Source of the DNA: Polyangiales bacterium
GTDB taxonomy: Bacteria > Myxococcota_A > Polyangia > Polyangiales > Ga0077539
Reading direction: 5' to 3'
Assembly: GCA_044229975.1 (NCBI GenBank)
Contig: JBGARZ010000021.1
Location: 99,818 to 163,817 of the forward strand
DNA: 64,000 nt
The notes under the pieces were generated by a model. It was not told the origin of the DNA. It saw nothing but the letters and a program-made list of their open reading frames with translations, and made no database searches. The position numbers and the translations under genes are program-made. Of the stretch, positions 9,629 through 20,557 are shown one piece after another. Every line of letters begins with the position of its first letter. Positions within the stretch are counted from its first letter, which is position 1.

Positions 9629-10837
9629 TCAGATAGCGCGGGTGCGACGACGACGACGAAGGAATCCGCCAGCGACCACGACGCCGAGCACTGCGCGGGT
9701 GCCCCACGGCGAGTCGCCCGCGCTCTGCGCGACGCTGCACCCGCAGCCGCCGAAGGGACCGGCGCGTCCGTCGAGGCGGTTCTCGCGGCCGCAGCGCCAG
9801 CCCTCACATCCGTTGTCGGCGTCCGTCGCGACGACCGGCGTATCGGTGGCGATGACGGGGACGTCCGTGGTGACGACGGGGACGTCCACCGGGGGCTTGC
9901 CGGGGACGTCCACGCCGCGGTCTTCGATGATGTCGCGGGTCCATCCGATGTCGGTGGTGGCGTCGCGGCGCGGGCCGTCGAAGAAGCCCGCGTCGAAGCC
10001 CGCGTCGGTGCCGCCGTCGATCTCGCTGCGGCAGTCTGCGGTGCAGCCGTCGCCCGAGGCGGTGTTGCCGTCGTCGCAGTCTTCGCCGCGCTCGACCATG
10101 CGGTTGCCGCACATCGCGACGGTGCCGCGGCGAATCTGGAACTGCCACAGCCCCGCGGTGCCGACGTTGGAGGTGTTGCAGACGTTGAGCACCTCGCGGG
10201 TGAACGACCCCGGGAGCGCGAAGTAGTCGCGGAGGTTGCCCGCGTCGAAGCCCGCCTGGGCGGGCGTTCCGCCGAAGCCGCCGGAGCCGCCGGAGGCGTC
10301 GCCGGTGGTCCACTCGCAGCGCTCGTAGCGAAACTCGACGTCGAAGTCGCCGGGGTTGCGGGCGCGGCGGTCGGTCACCACGAGCTGAAACGAGTTGGCG
10401 AGGTCGTCGTGCGAGGCGAAGTACCCGACGTTGTGCCAGGTCGTGATGAAGCGGCCGGGCTCGGTGTACCAGTACACGTTGTTGCGCTCGGGCATGCCGA
10501 AGCCGCGGGTGTCTACGTCGGCCCAGAAGGGCGCGATCATCGGCTGCGAGGCCACGGGGAAGGGCCGCGGGGTGTACTGGCCCAGGGGGTTGTCGAAGGT
10601 GATGTTGCCGTTGTTGTTCAGATAGAACGACCGGTACACGCTGCCGAAGAACCACAGCCCGTCGGGGAACTCCCGCTCGACGGAGATCACGCTGGTCGAG
10701 CCGTCGTCGTTGGGCGCGAGCACGTTGGGGCCGAAGCCCGCCGGGCCGCCGAGGCCACGGAGCAGCGGGATCGCCCCTCCGGTGGACGAGGCGAGCGCGA
10801 CCGCGAGGCCGAGCGAAGCGAAGCGAAGAGGGTTCAC
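9629..10837 (-). CDS. Nidogen (NIDO)-like domain surface protein with myxobacterial Cys-rich repeat and MYXO-CTERM-type tail
   Basis: Signal peptide; NDDGST...NNNGNITF...IAPFWADVDTR...NSFQLVV (NIDO); CGNRMVERGEDCDDGNTASGDGCTADC repeat; GGCGC...hydrophobic...RRRRR C-terminus. Confidence 0.85.
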   Translation of the reverse strand: MNPLRFASLGLAVALASSTGGAIPLLRGLGGPAGFGPNVLAPNDDGSTSVISVEREFPDGLWFFGSVYRSFYLNNNGNITFDNPLGQYTPRPFPVASQPMIAPFWADVDTRGFGMPERNNVYWYTEPGRFITTWHNVGYFASHDDLANSFQLVVTDRRARNPGDFDVEFRYERCEWTTGDASGGSGGFGGTPAQAGFDAGNLRDYFALPGSFTREVLNVCNTSNVGTAGLWQFQIRRGTVAMCGNRMVERGEDCDDGNTASGDGCTADCRSEIDGGTDAGFDAGFFDGPRRDATTDIGWTRDIIEDRGVDVPGKPPVDVPVVTTDVPVIATDTPVVATDADNGCEGWRCGRENRLDGRAGPFGGCGCSVAQSAGDSPWGTRAVLGVVVAGGFLRRRRRTRAI

Positions 10838-10928
10838 GCGGCGATCCTGCTACGAGGGGAAGGCCGCTGTCGAACGACCGGCGCGCGACGGTTGCGCCGA
10901 CGCACATCGTCCGCGTAGACACGTCCGC

Positions 10929-13487
10929 ATGCCGTACCGCCCGTCCGAAATCGAGCCGCTCTGGCAGGACCACTGGGACACGCACCAGAGCTACGTCGCG
11001 AAGATCCTCCCTGGCGTACCGAAGTTCTATGCGTTGGACATGTTCCCGTACCCGAGCGGGAAGGGGCTGCACGTGGGGCACCCGGCGGGCTACACGGCGA
11101 GCGACGTCGTGTGCCGCTACAAGCGCGCCCGCGGCTTCAACGTGCTGCACCCCATCGGCTACGACGCCTTCGGCCTGCCCGCCGAGCAGCTCGCCATCGA
11201 GAAGGGCATCGCGCCGCAGATCTCCACCGAGGCGTCGATCAAGACCTTCCGCGGTCAGCTCAAGCGCCTCGGCTACTCCTATGACTGGTCGCGCGAGGTC
11301 TCCACCGCCGACCCCAGCTACTACCGCTGGACGCAGTGGATCTTCACGAAGCTCTACGCGCGCGGCGACGCCTACGTGGGCGAGAGCTTCGTCAACTGGT
11401 GCGCGGCGCTCGGGACGGTGCTCGCCAACGACGAGGTCATCGACGGCAAGAGCGAGCGCGGCGGTCACCCCGTCGAGCGCAAGCGCATGTCGCAGTGGAC
11501 GATGCGCATCTCGGCCTACGCCGACCGCCTGCTCACGGGCCTCGACGCCATCGACTGGCCCGAGGCCACCAAGACCGCGCAGCGCGAGTGGATCGGCCGC
11601 TCCGAAGGCGCCTACGTCGAGTTCGCGCTCGAAGGATCTGGCGAGACGATCACCGTCTTCACCACGCGGCCGGACACCCTCTTCGGCGCGACGTACCTCG
11701 TGCTCGCGCCCGAGCACGCGCTCACCGATGTGGTCACCATCGCCGCGCGTCGCGACGACGTGGTCGCGTACCAGAAGAAGACCGCCGCGCGCAGCGAGCG
11801 CGACCGGCAGGCGTCCAAGGAGAAGACCGGCGTCGACACCGGCGCGCGGGCGATCAACCCGGCCACGGGCGAGACCATCCCGGTGTGGATCGCGGACTAC
11901 GTCATCGCGGGCTACGGCACCGGGGCGATCATGGCGGTGCCCGCGCACGACGAGCGCGACTGGGAGTTCGCGAAGGCGATGGGGTTGCCGGTGCGCGAGG
12001 TGATCGCCGGCGGCGACGTCGCGCAGGCCGCGTACGCGGGCGACGGCGCGATGGTGAACAGCGGGCCCTTCGACGGCACCGCGACGGCGGGCGGCGAGGC
12101 GGTGCGCGCGGTGACGGCGTGGCTCGCGGAGAAGGGCGTCGGGCGCGCGTCGATCAACTACAAGATCCGCGACTGGACCTTCGCGCGGCAGCGCTACTGG
12201 GGTGAGCCCATCCCGGTGCTGAAGGACGGTGAGACCGTCGTGCGCGCGCTCCACCCCGACGAGCTCCCGCTGGTGCTGCCGCCGGTGAAGGACTACGCGC
12301 CGACGGGCACGGGCGAGTCGCCGCTCTCCCGCGCGGGCGACTGGATCGACGTGGACGACCCGGTGACGGGCAGGCACCTGCGCCGCGAGGTCGACACGAT
12401 GCCGGGTTCGGCCGGGTCGAGCTGGTACTTCCTGCGGTACTGCGATCCGCACAACGAGGCGGAGTTCTGCTCGCGCGAGGCTAGCGACTACTGGATGCCG
12501 GTGGACCTCTACGTGGGCGGCGCCGAGCACCGCGTGGGGCACCTGATGTACTCGCGCATGTGGCAGAAGGCGCTGCACGCCGAGGGGCTCGTGCGCGACG
12601 AGGAGCCCTTCGCCAAGCTGCGCCACCAGGGGATGGTTCAGGCGCGGACCTTCTACGAGAAGGGCGATGGCGGGAAGTTCAACCACCTCGTGGTGCCCGA
12701 GACCATCGTGCGCGACGACGACAAGACGGCGACCGTCACGGTGAAGGGCCGCGACGGAACCGTCGAGACCGAGGTGCGCTGGGAGAAGATGGCCAAGCGC
12801 AAGGGCAACATCGTCAACCCCGACGACGTCATCACGCAGTACGGCGCCGACGCGCTGCGCGTGTACCTGTGCTTCCTCACGCCGCTGGAGAGCGACAAGC
12901 CCTGGCAGACGAGCCAGCTCGAAGCGCAGTTCAACTGGCTGAAGCGCGTGTGGCGGCTCTTCTTCGAGGGCGACGAGGACGTGCTGCGCGCGCAGGACGT
13001 GGCCGCGAGCCCCGAAGAGCTGAAGGTCATCCACCGCGCGATCGACAAGGTCGGCCGCGACATCGAGGCGCTGAGCCTCAACACGGCGATCTCGGCGCTG
13101 CACATCACGACCAACGAGCTCACGCGGTTGGGGACGCGCTCGCGCGACGTGCTCGGGTGGATGGCGCAGCTCGTGGCGCCGTTTGCGCCGCACCTGGCGG
13201 AGACGCTGTGGACGCGCGGCGTCGGCCGACCAGAGACCGCGGGCGGCATCGCCTACGTGGCGTGGCCGACGGTCGACGCGAAGTGGCTGGTCGACGACAC
13301 GGTGACCATCGGCGTTCAGGTCAACGGCAAGACCGCGGGCACCATCGAGCTGGCGTTGGACGCCGACGAGGAGACGGCGGTCGCGGCGGCCAAGGCGCTG
13401 GAGTCGGTGGCGCGGCAGCTCGCGGGCAAGAGCGTGGCGAAGGTGATCTACAAGGCCGGGAAGATCCTCAACCTGATCGCGAAGTAG
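10929..13487 (+). CDS. leuS: Leucine--tRNA ligase
   Basis: LDMFPYPSGKGLHVGH (HIGH motif), GYDAFGLPAE, editing motifs FTTRPDTLFG and GTGAIMAVPAHDERD, RDWTFARQRYWGEPIP, YGADALR, VQVNGK. Start placed at ATG 10929. Confidence 0.96.
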   Translation: MPYRPSEIEPLWQDHWDTHQSYVAKILPGVPKFYALDMFPYPSGKGLHVGHPAGYTASDVVCRYKRARGFNVLHPIGYDAFGLPAEQLAIEKGIAPQISTEASIKTFRGQLKRLGYSYDWSREVSTADPSYYRWTQWIFTKLYARGDAYVGESFVNWCAALGTVLANDEVIDGKSERGGHPVERKRMSQWTMRISAYADRLLTGLDAIDWPEATKTAQREWIGRSEGAYVEFALEGSGETITVFTTRPDTLFGATYLVLAPEHALTDVVTIAARRDDVVAYQKKTAARSERDRQASKEKTGVDTGARAINPATGETIPVWIADYVIAGYGTGAIMAVPAHDERDWEFAKAMGLPVREVIAGGDVAQAAYAGDGAMVNSGPFDGTATAGGEAVRAVTAWLAEKGVGRASINYKIRDWTFARQRYWGEPIPVLKDGETVVRALHPDELPLVLPPVKDYAPTGTGESPLSRAGDWIDVDDPVTGRHLRREVDTMPGSAGSSWYFLRYCDPHNEAEFCSREASDYWMPVDLYVGGAEHRVGHLMYSRMWQKALHAEGLVRDEEPFAKLRHQGMVQARTFYEKGDGGKFNHLVVPETIVRDDDKTATVTVKGRDGTVETEVRWEKMAKRKGNIVNPDDVITQYGADALRVYLCFLTPLESDKPWQTSQLEAQFNWLKRVWRLFFEGDEDVLRAQDVAASPEELKVIHRAIDKVGRDIEALSLNTAISALHITTNELTRLGTRSRDVLGWMAQLVAPFAPHLAETLWTRGVGRPETAGGIAYVAWPTVDAKWLVDDTVTIGVQVNGKTAGTIELALDADEETAVAAAKALESVARQLAGKSVAKVIYKAGKILNLIAK

Positions 13488-13542
13488 TCCCGGCCCCGAC
13501 CTTGCGTATGTCCAAAGCGGGGTTACATCCAGCGCCCCGCTC

Positions 13543-14736
13543 GTGACGACCCGCCGCAAACCCACGACCGACGACGCACCCCGCCTCCGCGTCGTCGATG
13601 ACATCGGCTCCATGGCCGAGTCTGCGTGGGACGCCCTCCTCGACGACGCCTGCACTCCCTTCCAGAAGCACCGCTGGCTCCACGCGCTCGAACGCGAGCG
13701 CTGCGCCCACGAGTCCACCGGGTGGCACCCGCGACACCTCACGCTCTGGCGCGGTGACACGCTCGTCGCCGCGGCACCCGCGTACATTCGCGAAGACAGC
13801 CAGGGCGAGTTCGTCTTCGACCATGGATGGGCCAACGCGGCCCATCGCTCGGGCATCCGCTACTACCCCAAGCTCACGCTGGCGGTGCCGTTCACGCCCG
13901 CGACGGGGCGGCGCTTTCTCGTCGCCGCCAGCGAAGATCGGGCGGCGCTCACCCGCGCTCTGTGCGACGCCGCGGTCGCTCTCGCGCGCGAGGAGAAGCT
14001 CTCGTCGGTGCACGTGCTCTTCCCCACCGAAGAAGAGTCCGTCATCGCGGAATCAGTCGGCGCGATGACTCGCCTCGGAGTCCAGTTCCACTGGGACAAC
14101 CCCGGCTACAAGACCTACGACGACTTCCTCGCTCGCTTCGACAGCAAGCGCCGCAACCAGCTCCGCCGCGAGGCTCGCGCGGCCACGGAGCAGGGCATCA
14201 CCATCACCACCCGTCGCGGGAGCGATCTGCGCGAGAGCGACGCGGCGCTCGCGTATCAGCTCTACCTCTCGACGGTCGACAAGTTCGCGTGGGGGCGGCG
14301 GTACCTCAACGAGGGCTTCTTCCGTCGCGTGCTGCGGGAGTTCGGCGATCACGTCGAGCTGGTCGAAGCGCGGCAGGGTGATCGGGTGGTGGCGGGCGCC
14401 ATCAACGTCGCGTCCGCCACGCACCTCTACGGCCGCTACTGGGGCTGCCTGGAGGAGTTTCCCTTCCTGCACTTCAACGTCTGCTACTACCACTCGATCG
14501 GTGAGTGCATCGCGCGCGGGGTGCGGCGCTTCGAGGGCGGGGCGGGCGGAGAGCACAAGGTCACGCGCGGGTTCGAGCCCTCGGTGACGCGCTCGTCGCA
14601 CTGGGTGTTTCACCCCGGGCTCGACCGGGCAATTCGGGACTTCGTCGGGAGGGAGCGCGCGGCGATCGAAGCGGAGCTACCGTCGATGCGCGCCGTGGCC
14701 GGAATGAAGCCCTTTGCGGGCTCGTGCGCGCGGTAG
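13543..14736 (+). CDS. DUF482 / FemAB-like GNAT-fold protein
   Basis: SQGEFVFDHGWA, YYPKLTLAVPFTPATGRR, SSVHVLF, QFHWDN, LYGRYWG, LHFNVCYY, FEGGAGGEHK are the recognisable family blocks. Confidence 0.88.
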   Translation: MTTRRKPTTDDAPRLRVVDDIGSMAESAWDALLDDACTPFQKHRWLHALERERCAHESTGWHPRHLTLWRGDTLVAAAPAYIREDSQGEFVFDHGWANAAHRSGIRYYPKLTLAVPFTPATGRRFLVAASEDRAALTRALCDAAVALAREEKLSSVHVLFPTEEESVIAESVGAMTRLGVQFHWDNPGYKTYDDFLARFDSKRRNQLRREARAATEQGITITTRRGSDLRESDAALAYQLYLSTVDKFAWGRRYLNEGFFRRVLREFGDHVELVEARQGDRVVAGAINVASATHLYGRYWGCLEEFPFLHFNVCYYHSIGECIARGVRRFEGGAGGEHKVTRGFEPSVTRSSHWVFHPGLDRAIRDFVGRERAAIEAELPSMRAVAGMKPFAGSCAR

Positions 14737-14763
14737 CAGAGTCAGATCAAGGAGACGGCATCG

Positions 14764-15093
14764 ATGGCGCGGCGACCGAAAGAACAGGACGACACCGGGG
14801 TCATCACCGAGGAGAAGGTGAAGGAGCGCGTCGAGCGCCCCAAGCTCTACAAGGTGCTGCTCCACAACGACCACTACACGACGCGGGAGTTCGTGGTGGA
14901 CGTGCTGGTGCTCATCTTCAACAAGAGCGAGACCGACGCCCGGCAGATCATGCTGCACGTGCATCAGAAGGGGATCGGCGTCGCGGGCGTCTACCCCTTC
15001 GATGTGGCGCATACCAAGGTCGACAAGGTTCTGCGGCTGGCGAAGGAATACGAGTACCCATTGCTCCTCACTGTGGAGCCGGAGGACGACTGA
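14764..15093 (+). CDS. clpS: ATP-dependent Clp protease adaptor ClpS
   Basis: PKLYKVLLHNDHYTTREFVV, IMLHVHQKG, YPL; immediately upstream of clpA. Confidence 0.96.
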   Translation: MARRPKEQDDTGVITEEKVKERVERPKLYKVLLHNDHYTTREFVVDVLVLIFNKSETDARQIMLHVHQKGIGVAGVYPFDVAHTKVDKVLRLAKEYEYPLLLTVEPEDD

Positions 15094-15099
15094 AGCATC

Positions 15100-17427
<2,328 letters not shown>

Positions 17428-17446
17428 CGCGACCGACCGCGTCGCT

Positions 17447-18949
17447 TCAGTAACCCAGCACCATCCAGCTACGCGGACCCTCGCGCTCCCGACGACGAAC
17501 CGTCGGGTGCGCGGGCGCGGGCTCCCTCGCGCTGAGCGTCGTCGGCGCGGGGGATCGCACAGCGACCGGTGCCGCGGGACGCACCGGCGCGACGACGGGG
17601 ACACGCGCGACGATCGGTGCGGGCGTCGGTGGCGGCGCAGGCGGCGGAGCAAACACGATCGGCTGCGGCGCGGGCTGCGGCGCGACCACGGGCGGCGGCG
17701 GCAACGGGGGCGGTGGTGCTGGCGGCGTTGCCATCGGCGGCTGCGGGACGACGGCGACGACGGCGGGCGTCGCGAGGCTGCGGACATAGAGCGCGGCGGC
17801 GGCACCGGCCATCAACAGGGTCATCACCAGCGCGCCCGCGGCGACCATCATCCATCGGCGGCTCGACGGCGGTGACTCCGCGAACGGCGCAACGGGTGGC
17901 ACCTCCATCGCGACGGTTCGCGACTCCAACGAGGCTGAGTGGGCCTCGACGTCGGGCACGACGAAGGTCTCCGCGAGGCGCGGCGTGATGGGCCCCGCGG
18001 GCGCCGACGTCACCGGGCTCCACTGGTGCACCGTCTGCACGAAGCTGCCTTCGGTCGCGTAGAAGCCCTCCCACTGGGCCTGCGCGCCGACGCTCGCAAA
18101 CGGGCGCAGCCCCTCTCCGAACGCACGCGCCGTGGGCCAGCGGTCGACGGGGTTGCGCTCCATCGCGCGCGACAGGACGGCTTCGAGCCCATCGGGCATC
18201 GCCGGGTTGGCCGCACGCAGCCGTGGCAACGGGCCGGTGGCGATGGCGTTGAGGATCTCCAGCAGCGTCGTCCCCGCGAAGGGACAGCGGCCCGTGAGGC
18301 ACTCGAAGAGGATCACCGCGAGCGTCCACTGGTCGCTCGGCGCGTCGACGTCGCGCGCCTCCTGGGCCTGCTCGGGGGACATGTACGAGGGCGTTCCGAC
18401 CATCGCGCGGGTCATCGTCAGCGCGCGGCCCGCGTCGCGAACCTTCACCACGCCGAAGTCGAGCAGCTTGGGCTGCGTCGCGCCCGTGGCGGTGCGCGCG
18501 AGGAAGATGTTGTCGGGCTTCAGGTCGCGATGAACGATGCCGCGACCGTGCACCGCGGATACGGCGGAGGTCACGGCGAGCATGAGGTCGACCGCCTGGG
18601 CCACGGGGATGACCCCCTCGCGCTCCAGCTTGTCGGCGAGCGTCTCGCCGTCGAGAAACTCCATCGCGAGGTACGGCTGTCCCTCGTGCACGCCGAGATC
18701 GAAGACGCCGACGATGTGCGGGTGCTCCATCTGCGCGACGATCTCGGCCTCGCGCAGGAAGCGCTGGAGCACGTCGGGGTACCGGACAAACTCGCGGTGC
18801 AGCACCTTGAGCGCGGTGCGCTTGCGCAGCGGCATGCGCAGGGACTCGTAGACCGCGCCGAAGGCTCCGGTGCCGAGCTGCCGGACGATCTCGTAGCCGC
18901 CAAACACCTGGCCCGGCTGCAGCTCGTCCCCTTTCGCCCTCGCGTCCAC
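17447..18949 (-). CDS. Membrane-anchored Hanks-type Ser/Thr protein kinase with Pro-rich C-terminus
   Basis: LGTGAFGAVY, ALKVL, HRDLKPDNIFL, LLDFG, GTPSYMSPEQ; TM segment then poly-Pro. Start estimated at GTG 18949 (GGAG upstream); the ORF extends to 19108. Confidence 0.92.
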   Translation of the reverse strand: MDARAKGDELQPGQVFGGYEIVRQLGTGAFGAVYESLRMPLRKRTALKVLHREFVRYPDVLQRFLREAEIVAQMEHPHIVGVFDLGVHEGQPYLAMEFLDGETLADKLEREGVIPVAQAVDLMLAVTSAVSAVHGRGIVHRDLKPDNIFLARTATGATQPKLLDFGVVKVRDAGRALTMTRAMVGTPSYMSPEQAQEARDVDAPSDQWTLAVILFECLTGRCPFAGTTLLEILNAIATGPLPRLRAANPAMPDGLEAVLSRAMERNPVDRWPTARAFGEGLRPFASVGAQAQWEGFYATEGSFVQTVHQWSPVTSAPAGPITPRLAETFVVPDVEAHSASLESRTVAMEVPPVAPFAESPPSSRRWMMVAAGALVMTLLMAGAAAALYVRSLATPAVVAVVPQPPMATPPAPPPPLPPPPVVAPQPAPQPIVFAPPPAPPPTPAPIVARVPVVAPVRPAAPVAVRSPAPTTLSAREPAPAHPTVRRREREGPRSWMVLGY

Positions 18950-19083
18950 CTTCAGGTGCTTTCTCCGCCGCGGCAACCGGACCACTCGTTGTGCAGTCCG
19001 AAGCGCTCCGTCACCATTCGCTCCGTCGGACGTCGACCGCGTGCCGCGACCGAGCGATCCGACGAACGGGAGTCTACACCGCG

Positions 19084-19218
19084 ATGAAGAACATCCAGCG
19101 TCCCTCACGGGTTCTGTCGGCGAAAGATCTGGCGCAGGTCGTCAAGATCGTTCGCAACCCCGCCGAAGCCCCGGTCTGCCAGTACTGCCAGGGCAACTGC
19201 GACGGCGGCTGCTTCTAG
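19084..19218 (+). CDS. Putative 44-aa Cys-rich peptide (RiPP-precursor-like or metal-binding)
   Basis: GGGAG about 11 nt before the ATG; MKNIQRPSRVLSAKDLAQVVKIVRNPAEAPVCQYCQGNCDGGCF; G/C-ending codons like neighbouring genes; occupies otherwise empty intergenic space. Confidence 0.65.
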   Translation: MKNIQRPSRVLSAKDLAQVVKIVRNPAEAPVCQYCQGNCDGGCF

Positions 19219-19231
19219 TCTCCCACCGCCC

Positions 19232-20554
19232 TCACCGCGGGCGGTAGCTCCTCGTCACGTCCACTCCATCCGCGCGTAGCCGAGCTTCATCGGCCGTCGC
19301 CGCGACGCTCCCGGCGGGCGCCTGGTACCAGCCGTCGGGGTCGGCCGTCGCCACGTCGTCGCGCACCTTGAGCACGGTGAACATCCCGCCCATGTCGATG
19401 TACGCGTAGGGCCCCGGGCCGCCGCGCATCGGTAGCGTGTTGGGGGGAATCTCCATCCGCATCTCGCCCATACCCCCCATGCCCGTGTGGCCCATGGTCA
19501 TGTACTCGGGCATCGAGCGACTCAACCTTCGCTCGACGGTTCGCGGGTTCATCCCGACCATGTTGGGGAGGTTGTGTGCCATCTGCATCATCACGTGGTG
19601 CGTCATGTGGCAGTGCATCGCCCAGTCCCCGGACTCCTCCGGGACGAACTCGATCACCCGCGTCGCGCCCACCGGCACCAGCACCGTCGTCTCGGGCTTC
19701 TGCGCGCTCGCCGGGATGTACCCGCCGTCCGTCGCCGTGACGTGAAACCACAGGCCGTGGATGTGGATGGGGTGGTGATCCATCGGCCCGAGGTTGCCCA
19801 GGCGGATGCGGACGCGCTCGCCGCGACCCACGACGAGCGGCGCCGTCGCCGGGAAGGCCTTGCCGTTGAAGGTGAGCACGTTGAAGTCGCTCATCGCGTT
19901 GGGGTCGGCGCGGCGGGTGTCGGCGTTGACCTTCCACTCGTGGGCCATGAGCACGAAGTCGCGGTCGACCCGCGGGCCGCGCGCGCGTCGCGGATGCACC
20001 ACGATCATCCCCACGGCGCCCAGCGCGATCTGGGTCATCTCGTCGTAGTGCGAGTGGTACATGAACGTCCCGGGGTAGCGGAGCGTGAACTCGTAGGTCC
20101 ACGTCTCGCCCGGCGGAATGGCCCGCTGCGTGAGGCCGCTCACGCCGTCCATCCCGCTCGGAACCACCACGCCGTGCCAGTGCACCGTCGTCGGCTCGGG
20201 CAGCCGGTTGGTGACGTGGATGCGCACCCGATCACCCTCCACCAGCTCCAACAACGGACCCGGCGTCTGGCCGTTGTAGCCCCACGCCTCGATGATCATT
20301 CCCGGCGCGATCTCGTGAGGGAACGACTCCACCACGAGGTGGCCGACCTTCACGCCGTCGACCACGCGCCACGGGAGCTTCGTCCCGTTGGGGTTGGTCA
20401 CCTCGGGCTGCCCCGCGGGGAAGGGTCGCGCCACCGCCACGGGTGATGACGGCGCCGGCGCGGGGACGGTCTGCGCCTCGGCGTCGGTGCCCTTCACCAG
20501 CAGGCCCGCGGCGGTCGCGGTGGTGGTCGCCTGGAGAAACGATCGTCGGTCCAT
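19232..20554 (-). CDS. Tat-exported multicopper oxidase with Met-rich C-terminus
   Basis: MDRRSFL twin-Arg signal; VHWHG, MYHSH, HPIHIHG, HCHMTHH...M copper motifs; MGHTGMGGMGEM tail. Confidence 0.93.
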   Translation of the reverse strand: MDRRSFLQATTTATAAGLLVKGTDAEAQTVPAPAPSSPVAVARPFPAGQPEVTNPNGTKLPWRVVDGVKVGHLVVESFPHEIAPGMIIEAWGYNGQTPGPLLELVEGDRVRIHVTNRLPEPTTVHWHGVVVPSGMDGVSGLTQRAIPPGETWTYEFTLRYPGTFMYHSHYDEMTQIALGAVGMIVVHPRRARGPRVDRDFVLMAHEWKVNADTRRADPNAMSDFNVLTFNGKAFPATAPLVVGRGERVRIRLGNLGPMDHHPIHIHGLWFHVTATDGGYIPASAQKPETTVLVPVGATRVIEFVPEESGDWAMHCHMTHHVMMQMAHNLPNMVGMNPRTVERRLSRSMPEYMTMGHTGMGGMGEMRMEIPPNTLPMRGGPGPYAYIDMGGMFTVLKVRDDVATADPDGWYQAPAGSVAATADEARLRADGVDVTRSYRPR

Positions 20555-20557
20555 CGC

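Noticed and set aside
9804..13856. 1350-aa minus-strand ORF, and similar long ORFs at 3898-6771, 6428-8953, 14677-17256, 41268-44108 and 49664-52111
   Set aside because: Antisense or off-frame shadows of well-supported genes; Arg/Ala/Gly-rich with no motifs, as expected in high-GC DNA.
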